A stretch of 63,599 bases of DNA, counting the filler, from Reticulomyxa filosa (taxonomy: Eukaryota; Protista; Foraminifera): NCBI GenBank assembly GCA_000512085.1. It is 24 parts of 24 records of this genome, joined end to end, with 100 filler letters (N's around TTAATTAATTAA, not from the genome) between each part and the next. Parts side by side here need not be neighbours in the genome. Positions count along the whole stretch, not along the records: positions 1 to 2,717 come from ASPP01002300.1; positions 2,818 to 3,888 come from ASPP01013940.1; positions 3,989 to 5,246 come from ASPP01026028.1; positions 5,347 to 6,586 come from ASPP01004952.1; positions 6,687 to 9,619 come from ASPP01017420.1; positions 9,720 to 13,337 come from ASPP01015787.1; 18 more parts are not named here. The stretch is one strand, 5' to 3'. A program made the position numbers and the translations under genes. Positions 1 through 11,554 of the stretch are shown here, in pieces. Under the pieces are notes generated by a model. It did no database searches and was not told where the DNA came from. It saw only the letters and a program-made list of their open reading frames with translations. Numbering within the stretch: position 1 is the stretch's first letter; every line of letters starts with the position of its first letter.

Positions 1-410
1 AAAAAAAAAAAAATTAAAAAATTTTCTATATCCAAAAACTTTTTATGTTAATTATTTTGCTGAAAAAAAGACGAAAACAAGCCAAATATTCCCAGACAAC
101 ATTTGAAGAAAAAACTATTCGAAGTTATGATGATAATTTTTTGAGCATTTGGAAAACTGTAAAATGATCAATGCACAAATATTGTATTATCAAGTGATAA
201 AAAGGGAATTCGTTGTCTGTTTTTCTTTTCAACAACGCTGAAGTTTTTTTTGCAAGAAGAAATATGATTATTCCTAGAAGTTTCCGAAAATTTTTATCAA
301 CAAGAATCAAAAATATTGTTTGATGTCGAGTATTGTCTTTTTTTTGTTGAGCGGTAATTGTCATACTTTGCATTTGTGATGAGTGAGATTCGAAAAAAAA
401 ATGCATCATC

Positions 411-2172
411 TTGTTGATGTAGTTTAAAGAAGATATTATTACTTTTTTTTAATCATTAAAGATATTTTCGATATTTGACATTATTTCATCAACAATTGAA
501 AATTTATTTGATGCATTGTTTCAACAAAATAAAAATGATAACTCAATGTGACTTTCTTATGCTACAGCCAAAAAAATCATTATTCGGCCGATCAGTCTAA
601 AAAAAGAACATCGTTAATGTAATGCTAAAGACCTTTCATCTTGAGATGAACAACTCTTTTTGCAGCTGTTTCCTTTATAACTACAAAGGATAACTTGAGA
701 AGTGACAACAAAAAAACATGGAAAAAAAATACAAAAACGAAGGTGGAATGTCTATTTGATATTCTATCATTTGACATTTGAGGGCTTCTATGCCTAGCTT
801 GAAGCATGTATTGAACTTAATGACAAAAAATTAAGAGTTCGTTCATTTGTCACACAGTATTCTCTTTCACGCATACTTACGCATGACATAGATCCTAGAA
901 TTTTCATTGACATAATTATAATATCTGTAGAAGAAAGAACTTGTAAAAACTGGTCAAATCTATTTATCATGCAAAGCATAATAAGCAAAATGAGACGTGA
1001 ACTGTTGCTTCACTCAGCAAACAAAAATTGAAGAACAATAAACAATGACAGAGCAGAAATATTTGTACTTTTGCATAATTTATGCAAGCACTCTTGTGAG
1101 CGCTCATTATTTTGTCACTCAGTGTCTTCTTTCGTTGTCGATTGGCTTTTGTGATACGTCGTAGGAATGGCAATACTTTTGGTGGTTGACAGTTATTTTG
1201 TTTAATTGATGTACTTATCCAAGTCTCCAGACAGCAGTTCCAAATCTATCACCAAAGAAAACAGAACACAAGCACACTATTGATTATGGCACTGTAAGCA
1301 GTAAATGGGAGCGCGTGATATCCAAACAAGTATGGGAACAAATCGTACTGCTAAGGTTTGGAGCATATGTACACAATGTAAAGTGATCCAGAAAGTGTTT
1401 GGAAAAGAATTACTAGATGGTGAAGTATTTATTTTTCGTGAGTATACTTTTGCATAATCTGCAGTTGACATTTTTTATCTACTGTTAGCACAAAAGAAAA
1501 AGCTGGAAACAAAAGAATAAGGAATTATCACACAAACATTTAAAAATGATGTTGGTCACTTTCCGTTGAAATTATTTTTGTCAACAAACTCTTTTGTATG
1601 GTGTGGCGAAGTGCCCTTCTTCGATAGCAAAGGAACAGAAAATTCGTCCTTATTGATGTTTAAAGACTAGAAACATTACAGAGAAGCAAAAAAAAAAGGA
1701 ATAACCTTTTCGATTGAAAACTAGTAGTTTTTGTACTGTTTTTTTATTTAGTTTGATATTAATGCGATTTATTCGTTTCTTTTCCTTTGATTGAGTATTT
1801 TTTTTGCTTGAAAAGCTTTGAAAATTTGAACAACAAAAGGATCCAAATTAACATCAAAAGGTTTAGACGATGCCGTCTATTGGAACACACAGAAAATTTG
1901 AGACAAACACTTCGTTTGATAACGAGTTATTTCATATCATCTTTCAGTCAAATGATATCAATTGTTAAAAATACTCAGCTGATGAAAGCAAATATAAGCT
2001 GATATCACAGTTAATGAAACATTATTTTTAAAATCAATTTCATCAAACAGTCAATTTTTTTGTGTACATACTTAAAAAACGTACAACATATAATATCAAT
2101 TGCTTGGACATTCGAAAATATCTTTAGTGGTAAAAAAAACGTAACAATATCTTCTTTAAACTATATCAGCAA
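411..2172. repeat. Imperfect ~61-bp inverted repeat pair (411-471 and 2112-2172)
   Basis: ttgttgatgtagtttaaagaagatattattacttttttttaatcattaaagatattttcga aligns without gaps to the reverse complement of 2112-2172, with 7 mismatches by hand count. Confidence 0.8.
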
Positions 2173-2717
2173 CTTCCATACATGAAATTTCTTCAGCAAT
2201 CCGGGAATATAAATTTTATCCTTGTAAACTTTGATATCAAGGATTAAAACAAATGATGCAGATAAAAAAATAAAAAATCTGTAACCAGACCCTTTTTAAA
2301 GAACTCTTCACAATTTTTAAAAAAATTTTCAATTTAAAAATAAATTTTTATTTATTTATTCGTCAATTGAGCTGTTTTATCAAATCAATTGAAATAATGT
2401 GTTAAAAGGGGGACTACAGTTCAAGTTTTTTTAGTTTCATGCTTTAATACTTGTCTTTTAACGACAACAGCAAAGCTTTTTTGTTAGACTAACTTGTAAA
2501 TGAACATAAAAAAGGACTTTTTGTGGGTACACGCAAAGTTTTGCGTGTTTGTTAGTAGTCAAGTTGGACATTTAATTTTAATTTTTTGTAAATCGTTTTT
2601 GAGTACCATTGGTAGTTATCATAACATAAATGTTTTTTTCATTGTTATCTTTTTTTGTGGTCAAACTGTTTCATTCTTGTACGAAAAATACATATTTTGA
2701 AACACACTAAGAGATAT

Positions 2718-2817
2718 NNNNNNNNNNNNNNNNNNNNNNNNNNNNNNNNNNNNNNNNNNNNTTAATTAATTAANNNNNNNNNNNNNNNNNNNNNNNNNNN
2801 NNNNNNNNNNNNNNNNN
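2718..2817. other. Artificial contig linker (44 N + TTAATTAATTAA + 44 N), first of 23 copies
   Basis: Identical 100-nt spacer with stops in all six frames. Starts at 2718, 3889, 5247, 6587, 9620, 13338, 14667, 18502, 21214, 23164, 32201, 34941, 37434, 40182, 42750, 44038, 45701, 47195, 55515, 56662, 59277, 61273 and 62373. Confidence 0.99.
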
Positions 2818-2888
2818 GGGTGAGAGGATTCGAACCTCCGGCCTCTACGTCCCGAACGTAGCGCTCTACCAGGCTAAGCTACACTCCG
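2818..2888 (-). tRNA. Bacterial tRNA-Pro (anticodon CGG), 3' end cut by contig edge
   Basis: Minus strand reads CGGAGTGTAGCTTAGCCTGGTAGAGCGCTACGTTCGGGACGTAGAGGCCGGAGGTTCGAATCCTCTCACCC. Anticodon arm CTACG-TT-CGG-GA-CGTAG, T-arm GGAGG-TTCGAAT-CCTCT, and the C1 start typical of bacterial tRNA-Pro. Confidence 0.95.
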
Positions 2889-2981
2889 CTGCCGATTCAT
2901 TCATCCTGAAATCTGACTGACTACCGCGTTTTTGCGCTACAATCAGCTCGATTCAGCAAGGACAAAGATTATCTATCAAAT

Positions 2982-3888
2982 ATGTGGTTTAAGCAACTCT
3001 CTTTTTTCCGCCTAGACGAAAACTTCGCCATCGACAGCGCCAAACTGGGTGATGCCCTGGCCCGTCGTCCGTTTCAACGCTGCAGTGGCCTCGACTGGTT
3101 CAGCGAAGGCTGGGTTGCCCCCGCCGGCCACCTGGACAGCCCGCTGCACGAATCGCGCGGCTACCGCATGGTTACCCTGCGGCGCGAGGACAAAGTGCTG
3201 CCGGCCGGCGTGATCCGCGATCACCTCGACGGCAAGGTCGCCGAGATCGAAGCCGCCGAGCTGCGCAAGGTTGGCCGCAAGGAAAAGCTGCAGCTCAAAG
3301 AGCAGATCACCGACGACCTGCTGCCGCGCGCCTTTACCCGCTCCGGCCGTACCACTGCCTATATCGATAGCAGCCGCGGCTGGCTGATGGTCGATAGCGG
3401 CACCGCCAGCAAGGCAGAAAACCTGGTGTCCACGCTGCGCGAAGCCCTGCCCCCGTTCCCGGCCGCGCTGCCACGTACCGCGCTGTCGCCGCATGCGGTA
3501 ATGACCGACTGGCTGGCTGCCGGCGAAGCCAGCCACGGCTTCGAGCTGGACGCCGAGTGCGAGCTGAAAGACAGCAGCGAGAACGGGCCGTGGTGCGCTG
3601 CACCCGCATCGACCTCACCGCCGAAGAAATCCGCCAGCATATTGCCACCGGCAAGCAGGTTACCCGCCTGGGCCTGATCTGGCGCGAGCGCATCCGCTTC
3701 GTGCTGACCGACCAGCTGCAACTGAAGCGCCTGCAGTTCCTGGATGTGCTTCAAGAAGAAGCCAGCCAGGCCGGTGACGATCTGGCCAGCCTGTTTGACG
3801 CCACCTTCCTGCTGATGGCCGAGGAGCTGGGCGATCTGGTCAACGCCTGGTCGCCGCGCTCGGCGGCCTGGACGCAGGCGCAGGCAGC
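2982..3888 (+). CDS. rdgC: Recombination-associated protein RdgC (bacterial), two single-base frameshifts, 3' truncated
   Basis: MWFKQLSFFRL..., GWVAP, REDKVLPAGVIR, LLPRAFTRS, GFELDAECELK. Continues after a frameshift near 3586 as VVRCTRIDL..EIRQHIATGKQVTRLGLIW..RFVLTDQLQLKRLQFLD..FDATFLLMAEEL. A second frameshift near 3846 restores LVAALGG. High GC, no introns. Confidence 0.95.
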
Positions 3889-3988
3889 NNNNNNNNNNNN
3901 NNNNNNNNNNNNNNNNNNNNNNNNNNNNNNNNTTAATTAATTAANNNNNNNNNNNNNNNNNNNNNNNNNNNNNNNNNNNNNNNNNNNN

Positions 3989-4720
3989 TTTGGACATGGA
4001 TTCCGATTCCATTTTCAACTTTGATTCATACTCGGCCATTATTTGGCCATAGCTACATACCAGACCATAATCTTTCAACAGCGCATACATATTGTCATTG
4101 TCCATGTGTGGAAATAAGTCATCCAACAAGTGCCAAATTTCATCCAACAGCATTTGCACTTCGCTGCCATTGGGATTGTGGTTGCTCTTTTTCACTGCAT
4201 CTAAGACTCCGATGTATTTTTGCAGAGTGGGGGCAATGATGACCGATCAAGACATGACTCTCCCAATAGTTGTGTGATACAATAGTTATTGATACACAAG
4301 ATTTGCAAGACGGCAGCGCATAACTTGGTTATTTGTGGTGCTCTTTCTATGTTGTTTGTACTATTTGTGTCGATTGCTCGCGTTATGTTCGTCTTGTTCG
4401 CAAATACGAGGTGACGAGTTTGTGCAATATCTGTCCTTTCCTTCTTCTTCTTTCTGATTTTCCTCAATATTAAAACATTCAAAGTGACAAAAGAGATGAA
4501 CGAGGGCTTTCTATTGTAATTAAGTTTGTTTTATTACCTTTTTCTGATTTGCTTCTCTTCAGCAACATTACTGGGACCTGGCTGCTGGTTGTTTGGTTGT
4601 TATGAAATTTTGGCTGGAAGAGATGTCTCATTGTTGCTTGGATTGTTTCCATCATCCTGTTCAGTTGGAATTGAGAAGGAGGGATGATGACCCTTTGGTA
4701 GTAGTATAAGCATTGACTCA
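3989..4720 (-). pseudogene. Degraded coding remnant of an unidentified family
   Basis: Protein-like segment IIAPTLQKYIGVLDAVKKSNH..MLLDEIWHLLDDLFPHMDNDNMYALLKDYGLV, preceded in frame by several TAG/TAA/TGA stops. No family recognised. Confidence 0.35.
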
Positions 4721-5351
4721 TTTTTTTTTTTCTTTCTGATACTTTCGCAGTTGCACTTTCAGTTCCTTCCCCTTGTTCTTGCGGCGATGCTCATAATTCC
4801 TTGTTTCGCTTTGGTCCAGGCATTCAACAATTTTCTCGCACTGGTGTTCTTTCACTTTCTATTATCGCTAGGGTTGGAAGATTAATCAGCACTAACAGTA
4901 GACGGCTCATTAGGACGTTCAGTATTAGCCACTGTTTGGTTACTACTTTTTGTAGCTGTGGAGTCGTTGTTTTGTAGGGCTGTAGCTGCAGGTACATTGT
5001 CACACGTAGTTGCTTGTGCGAAAATGGGATAATCATATCAATAAAATATTTATTTTGATTTTTTTTTTTAATAACAACCTTTGCTGTTTTGTAATTGTGA
5101 TGGCAGGTAATCAGGCTCGGTTAATTATTATGAAATACACAACTATGAATTATGTGTCTATATTTGAAGCATGTATTTTTTTGATATGATTTGCTCGATC
5201 GAAAAGTTAAGAGATGAATAGATTGTTAACCAGAGGCAAGTAATCANNNNNNNNNNNNNNNNNNNNNNNNNNNNNNNNNNNNNNNNNNNNTTAATTAATT
5301 AANNNNNNNNNNNNNNNNNNNNNNNNNNNNNNNNNNNNNNNNNNNNAAAAA

Positions 5352-5383
<32 letters not shown>

Positions 5384-6686
5384 AAAGAAATAGAAAATAG
5401 AAAAAATATATTTTATAAATGAAAAAATAATGAAAGAAAATAAAAATGAGAGAAAAAAGAAAAAGAAAGATTAATTAAAATTTTTTGAAAGAATAAGTGG
5501 ACCTGTTTGTGGATGGCAAAGTTAATGAATTCTTTTTTTGTCTTTGTTTAAAAAAATATATCTTAATCAAGACAATGTGGACATGGATGGACATTTTGAT
5601 TGATGAAGAACAAGAACAAAAGAAGAACAAGAAGAAAGGACAATGATAAGAAGAAAAGAAAGTAGTACGTTAAGGAAAGATGGAACAAAATTAACGAACA
5701 GTATTATTGATATATTGGCCATTGCAATGAATCATGTAAGAAGTATACGTATCAAGAAAAAAGGAGTAATGTGAGAATATTGTCTATACAGCAGATCACT
5801 AAAAGGTATTGACATATGTCAACCAAGACTGTGAGTTATTATGATGAATTTATGGAAATGAAATGCAAATGTTATGCACCTATAATTACACAGCAACAAT
5901 TCGTCTTTCATTTAACTCACTTCGAATCAATGCGCATAATCAACAAATATTAATCATCTCCATTTGCATGTATTTGTGATTACATTATTTGTACCACCAC
6001 TCAGATATCGACATACCAAAGATTCATCAATGCATTTCCAAGATATAATTGATGTTAATTTGATAGAAAAATTAAAATCATAGGATGTTATCGTCAAATA
6101 AGATTGTCATGAAAGTCTCATTGATTTGAATTCTTTTGAAAGGAGTTTGAGTTAAGAACCGTTGATTATTTGTGTCTTTCTTTCAATACAATTTGAATTA
6201 ATTTGTTGTCTATTATGTTTGTTTTTTCAACAGCTGGACATGAAAAGCCCACAAATAGTGAAGATAATGGACCACAAATGAAGAAGAATGAAAAGATAAG
6301 CACAAAAATGATGAAGCAAATACTGCTGTCCTGGTGATAGTAGGAAGTATCACAAAAATATAAGAACATTTGTTCGCGAACGACGTCCAGAAACTAATAA
6401 TCCATAACAACGAATAATAACAATGAAAAAGACACAGTAAGAGATTGGATGGGGAAACTGTTTTGTGAATACCATTTACACTCGATCAAATATAGCTTGG
6501 TTGATCTCTTCCAAGGCGACATTTGGATCAAGAAAGTTATTGTCGTCTTTCTCACAATGCATACACACTCAATGCCATATCTCGTTNNNNNNNNNNNNNN
6601 NNNNNNNNNNNNNNNNNNNNNNNNNNNNNNTTAATTAATTAANNNNNNNNNNNNNNNNNNNNNNNNNNNNNNNNNNNNNNNNNNNN

Positions 6687-6723
<37 letters not shown>

Positions 6724-6744
6724 TTGTTGTAATGTGCCGCTGAG

Positions 6745-8721
6745 ATTTGCGACTGGGCATTGGACAACAACAATCGGACAATCCAACATAATCAATATAT
6801 TCCAACATACCTCCTCAGCTCCCCACGGGCGGAAACACGGGGTCATGCGATGCAGCAAAGTGTACGTATGTTTACGCAATTCGATGTAATCCCGGTAATT
6901 CAAACCTCACATGGACACACGAAATCGCTGACGGGCGGTAGTGGTGTGGCGGACAGCGTTGGGACGAGCCAAAACGCGAATGCAAATGCAAATGCAAATG
7001 CAAATGCAAATGCGAATTCTTCGCTCGGCAAGTTTCCATCGAATTTGCATTTGCATTTGAATGAGAATATTCCATCCCGAGACCGAAACAATAGTGCGCA
7101 GGAAATGGGAACAGAGAAACTTTCCTCGGTCAAGCTGGACAACATGACGAAGAAACAGTCACAGCCATCACGTCGTCGTATCGGCAGTGAGACGAAACAC
7201 AACAACGCAACAAAGTTTGTGGCTGTGACAATGAATATCAAAGAGTATCCATGGACAATTGTGTATCGGCCCTACTTGGGGCGTGTGAAATATATGGTTG
7301 CATTGACAGTTTTCTACTGGTTATTGGTCACTCTGGCCGTCTTGCTACTCTACTATGACTTTTTCCAGTGCTGTTTGCGAGTCAAGATAATTGTTTATCT
7401 GTGTTATGTGTGGTTCCATTTGCTCATTGTTGTGGGATGTATACTACTCATTATGATTCAAGCAAAGCAAATGCATGACGTTATGGGCATTTATAGTTGA
7501 GATAGCAAATATATAATATACATATACATATACATATATATATATATATATATACATTTATATGTAATGTGTGGACCCCTTATTTCTATCCTTTTATAAA
7601 TATTTTTGTTAAAAGTTCATTCAAAGTTAATACATCTTCCTCTCTTGACATATTAACAAAAAAAAAAAAAAAAAAGTGAATTGAAATACATTTTACTAAA
7701 CTGTGTAATTTGGAGTGTGGTGATATGTGTAATGTTGGCGATTTATGATATTGGACAGCAGGATGAAAAGTTGCTATGGCTGTGGTGTCCTTCCTTACTG
7801 AACGGCATAAACTCATTGATAATGCTGCGACCGCTGGACCTGTATGCAATTGACGACGACCAGGTCGTGATATTGTCTCGTGTCTCCAGCATCGAAAGTG
7901 GGTCCGGGACAAGTGACAACGACGGCGCCAAGTGGGGTGACTCGCTGGTGACTTGCTTTTGGCGAGTGTATTCTTGCTGTTATTTCGCCTTTCGCGTCAG
8001 CGCAAAGTACCAAAAACGCCGAGCGCGTTCTCAGAGCGCCGGCGGAACGGAAAAAGAGAACAATGGACATACCATCCGAGCATCGATCACTCACACAAGT
8101 CATAACAAAAATAGTGCCATCGGTGCTCATTTGACATTGAAAGATGTGTTGAAATTAAAACATGGGTTCAGTGAACTGGCGGCACATTTGGTGAAAGAAT
8201 TGTCTTTGGAAAACTTATTGTTTTTGGTCGAATACATGCAATTAAAAAAATTTGTCTTACATCATGAGCTATTGGAAGAGGAGTGTGTGAAATGGAGAAT
8301 TGAGATTGCCTCGGAAATCATGGACGAGTCAATGAATAAAGATCTGTTAAACAGTAAATATTATATGTCAACAGAAGACTCGTATCATGTTGTTTTGTCA
8401 ATGTTCCATTATTTATATCAACATTACATTGACCGTTCCAGTGTGGCCAGTGTCAATATCTCCTATCAATGTGTCAATCGTATCAAATATACAATGGGGA
8501 AGATTTTCTTGTTTGGTGACAAATCTGCCACTGATGACAACTTTTCCGATGTCTTGAGCAGTGGCGTTATGGATATGGACTGCATTGAACAATTAATTGA
8601 TGCCTTCGATAGTGCTGCTTTGCAGGTATTTCGACTCTTGTACAGTGATTCCTTCACACGGTTCTCAAAAACCAAAGAATACGAAATTCTAGTCGAACAA
8701 GTTCGTGAACGTGAAGAGTAA
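6745..8721 (+). CDS. Multi-pass membrane protein with C-terminal RGS domain (7TM-RGS-like), 5' truncated; intron ~7496-7676
   Basis: Four hydrophobic helices with a D-x-x-G-I-x-x-E-L-K loop across the intron. RGS hallmarks: LKDVL...FSELAAHLVKELSLENLLFLVE, LYQHYI..S.ASVNIS, FDSAALQVFRLLYSDSFTRF. Confidence 0.88.
6976..7059. repeat. (GCAAAT)n coding microsatellite plus a short inverted copy
   Basis: Encodes NANANANAN. 7001-7019 is complementary to 7041-7059 (18/19 plus one G-U). The same hexamer array occurs at 13438-13472, and in reverse at ~18651-18667. Confidence 0.85.
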
Positions 8722-9325
8722 CTTTACATTACTCACGTTACACACGGACATATGTGTAAATGAATTTCTTTTTTTCTCATTTTTTTTTTTTTTTTTTTTG
8801 TATCTTACTTTTTATTTGTTTTTTTATTCGAACTCTGTGTAATGATTCAATACTTTTTTTTTATTTCTTTTTTTGTTTGATTATTGTTTGGAAAAAAAAT
8901 TCTTCAAACAAAAATTTATTTCATTTTTTTCTCGATTTGATTGTATAACAATAAAACAATCGAAGTAGAAAACTAACTATTACTCAAGGAATAGCTTGAA
9001 ATTTACCTTTTTCTATTTCCTAATTACACTATATTTGCTCTTGCGTCACATTTACAGAAAGGCACATATAAAGTAACACCCAACATTAGTTGGATTCAAC
9101 AAAGGCAGAGAATAGTCCATATGCTATTAAAAAAATTTCTGCTCAATTCAACAACAAAAAGTTAGAGATTCAGATCCAAATAGGACATAAACATGAAAAC
9201 AAATGTTTTTAATCAATAAATCTTGAGAATGGTTGAAATACTGACAAAAAAAAATGTGAGTACGAAATCTTTCTTATCAAAACTTTAGAAAAAAAGGGGT
9301 AACTTATAAACGATTCCCGTCGATA

Positions 9326-9538
9326 ATGGAAATTTCAGAGCTTCGGCAACGATTAAGTATTAGTTTTATTTCCTTTTATTTTCAACTCCAAGAACCATTG
9401 AAAACGACAAAAGTGCATATATTTGCCTCTTCCACAGTAAACATAGAAGACGTAATTGAGGCGCTAGAAGAGAAGGAAAAAAGCGTAACCCAAGACCGGG
9501 CTCAACAACAAAAAAGACAGCTTACTCAAAAACTCAAA
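9326..9538 (+). CDS. Probable 5' exons of a coiled-coil protein, possibly continuing in the next contig
   Basis: MEISELRQRL, a short T-rich intron-like stretch, then ..IEDVIEALEEKEKSVTQDRAQQQKRQLTQKLK followed by a GT donor and poly-A at the contig end. Confidence 0.5.
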
Positions 9539-9585
9539 GTTTGGAGAAGTATTTCAAAGAGGGAATAAAGGGGGAATTAGATGGG

Positions 9586-9619
<34 letters not shown>

Positions 9620-9719
9620 NNNNNNNNNNNNNNNNNNNNNNNNNNNNNNNNNNNNNNNNNNNNTTAATTAATTAANNNNNNNNNNNNNNNNNNNNNNNNN
9701 NNNNNNNNNNNNNNNNNNN

Positions 9720-9754
<35 letters not shown>

Positions 9755-9756
<2 letters not shown>

Positions 9757-11554
9757 AAAAAGATCAAGTCACGCAGGCCGAAGACATCCGTAAAGCATTA
9801 ATCGAAGAACACGAAGAACAAATGAAATTGTTGGAAGCCGAAAATGATAAAAAAGAGGAGGAACGATTAAGCAAGACAGCAGACAATGGCACTCAAAAAG
9901 AGTTGGACAAATTGATCGACGAGAATAATCAGTTACGTAAAGCGTTGGACGAACGCGAAATGGTGATGCACAAATTGCAACAGCGAAGCAATCGATATGC
10001 CTTACTACTGCAAGAGAAGAAAACGATCGAATCGAAACACTTGACTTTGCAAAAAGAATTTGAAGTGTTGAATGACGAAATTCATAAATTGCAAACCGTT
10101 TTGCAAATCTATGAAACCAATATTCAACAATTGACTGACGAAAAACTTGAATTGCAATTGCAACAACCGACTACGCAGGAGAATCTAAGCAATTTCGTTG
10201 AAAATGTCGGCTTGTTTCGTGCCAAATCCATTTCTAATCTCAATGGTATTTTGTCTTCTTTTTTTTTACCATGTTTAGATTCAATGTTTTTTTTTTTTTT
10301 TTTATTGCTCATGCAACTCGTACAGTAGTCCCCCTTTATTTTTTGGAGTGGATTATATTTGTTTGTTTGTTTTTCTCCCAATAAACAGATAAAATATATC
10401 ATCGCAGCCTTCAAACGCTAGAAGTCCAGTCCGTGCATTCAAATACTATCCCCAACTTGGAAGAGCAGATGCTGACAATCCGATCGACTAGATCACAAAC
10501 GAAAAACCGCAAATCATTCGATGGGGATGATTTTGAACAGAAACACCACGAAGCGCCTGCCTTGTCGCCTTCCAATAAGGAGGGCACAGCCATTGAAAAG
10601 GCTGCTCCGGCAAATGCTTCACAAGAATCTACAAATGATATTGCTCCTATAAGTCTCAAGCTTGACCAACAAGACAAAGATAAAGAAACAGAAAAAGAAA
10701 AAGACAAAGAAAATTGTTCCAATTTTCCACAAACAGTTTTTTGTTTTATATCGGTTTTATAATCACTCCACTTGTTATTGTCACATCATTGATTTCAATT
10801 GCACACAATAAAAATAGTGGGAAGAGATATTGAAATCATTGAATACAAAAAATTTGAAAAATCTCAATACACGGCCTAGTCGTGATGCCACAAGCATTGT
10901 GAGCAATGAGAGTGAACAAGACTGTGGTGAACGGCTATTTGCAATTGAAGAACAACTTCAAAGTATCAAAGAAGTTTTAAAGCAGCTTTGCAATAACACT
11001 GATCCCATCCACCTTACTCAAGAAATACGGCCTTTTGAGAGATTGCTTCGTCAATTGCACATTAAAATGGATGGACAAATAGCTAGTGGTGCATGTCAAT
11101 CAAATTATTATGGGACTGTTCCCCCATCCATGCCTGCACCGTCTATTACTCCAAATTCGCTTGTTGTCAAACGCAAAACAAACACCAATCTTGATGTCAC
11201 TGGCTCTTTTTCTGAAGATGGTTCGGTTACAGATACTGTATCTTCACATCAAGGAGAATTTAAAAGTTATTTTATTATTTTGTTATTTTGTTTCTTCCGA
11301 TATTTATAGCACATCCTTTTTTTTGCCGGGGGGGGGGGGGGGAAATCATGTTAGTTAACAGCAAACGTAAAACCAAACATTGGTATGACAAGTTATCTAA
11401 TGAGTTGGGATTTAGTAATACAAATTCAACCGAGTGGGCTACTAGCATTGGCTTGTCAGGCTTGTTGGTGGGCATGTTATACTTAGCAAGTCAGTATGGC
11501 ACATCAATTAGACTTAAACAACGTAGAGTTTTACAAAATAGATCCTCACAGTAA
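9755..11554 (+). CDS. Multi-exon coiled-coil protein with a C-terminal transmembrane segment (tail-anchor-like)
   Basis: E/K/Q/L-rich heptad ORFs (9822, 10433, 10830) separated by intron-like stretches. The last exon has IGLSGLLVGMLYLA followed by a basic tail and TAA at 11554. Confidence 0.65.

Noticed and set aside
2818-2822. A4-C69 mismatch in the tRNA-Pro acceptor stem (editing candidate)
   Set aside because: It lies in the first bases of a contig, where sequence quality is unreliable.
3012-3754. Long antisense ORFs over rdgC and similar shadow ORFs over host exons
   Set aside because: Expected by-products of codon bias; no recognisable motifs.
3580-3850. rdgC as a pseudogene or programmed frameshift
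   Set aside because: Both shifts are single missing bases in short G or C runs of an otherwise intact gene on a small contig; typical homopolymer undercalls.
3989-4720. Stop-codon reassignment (alternative genetic code)
   Set aside because: All three stop types occur along with frameshifts in remnants, while intact genes have stop-free exons and end in TAA or TGA.
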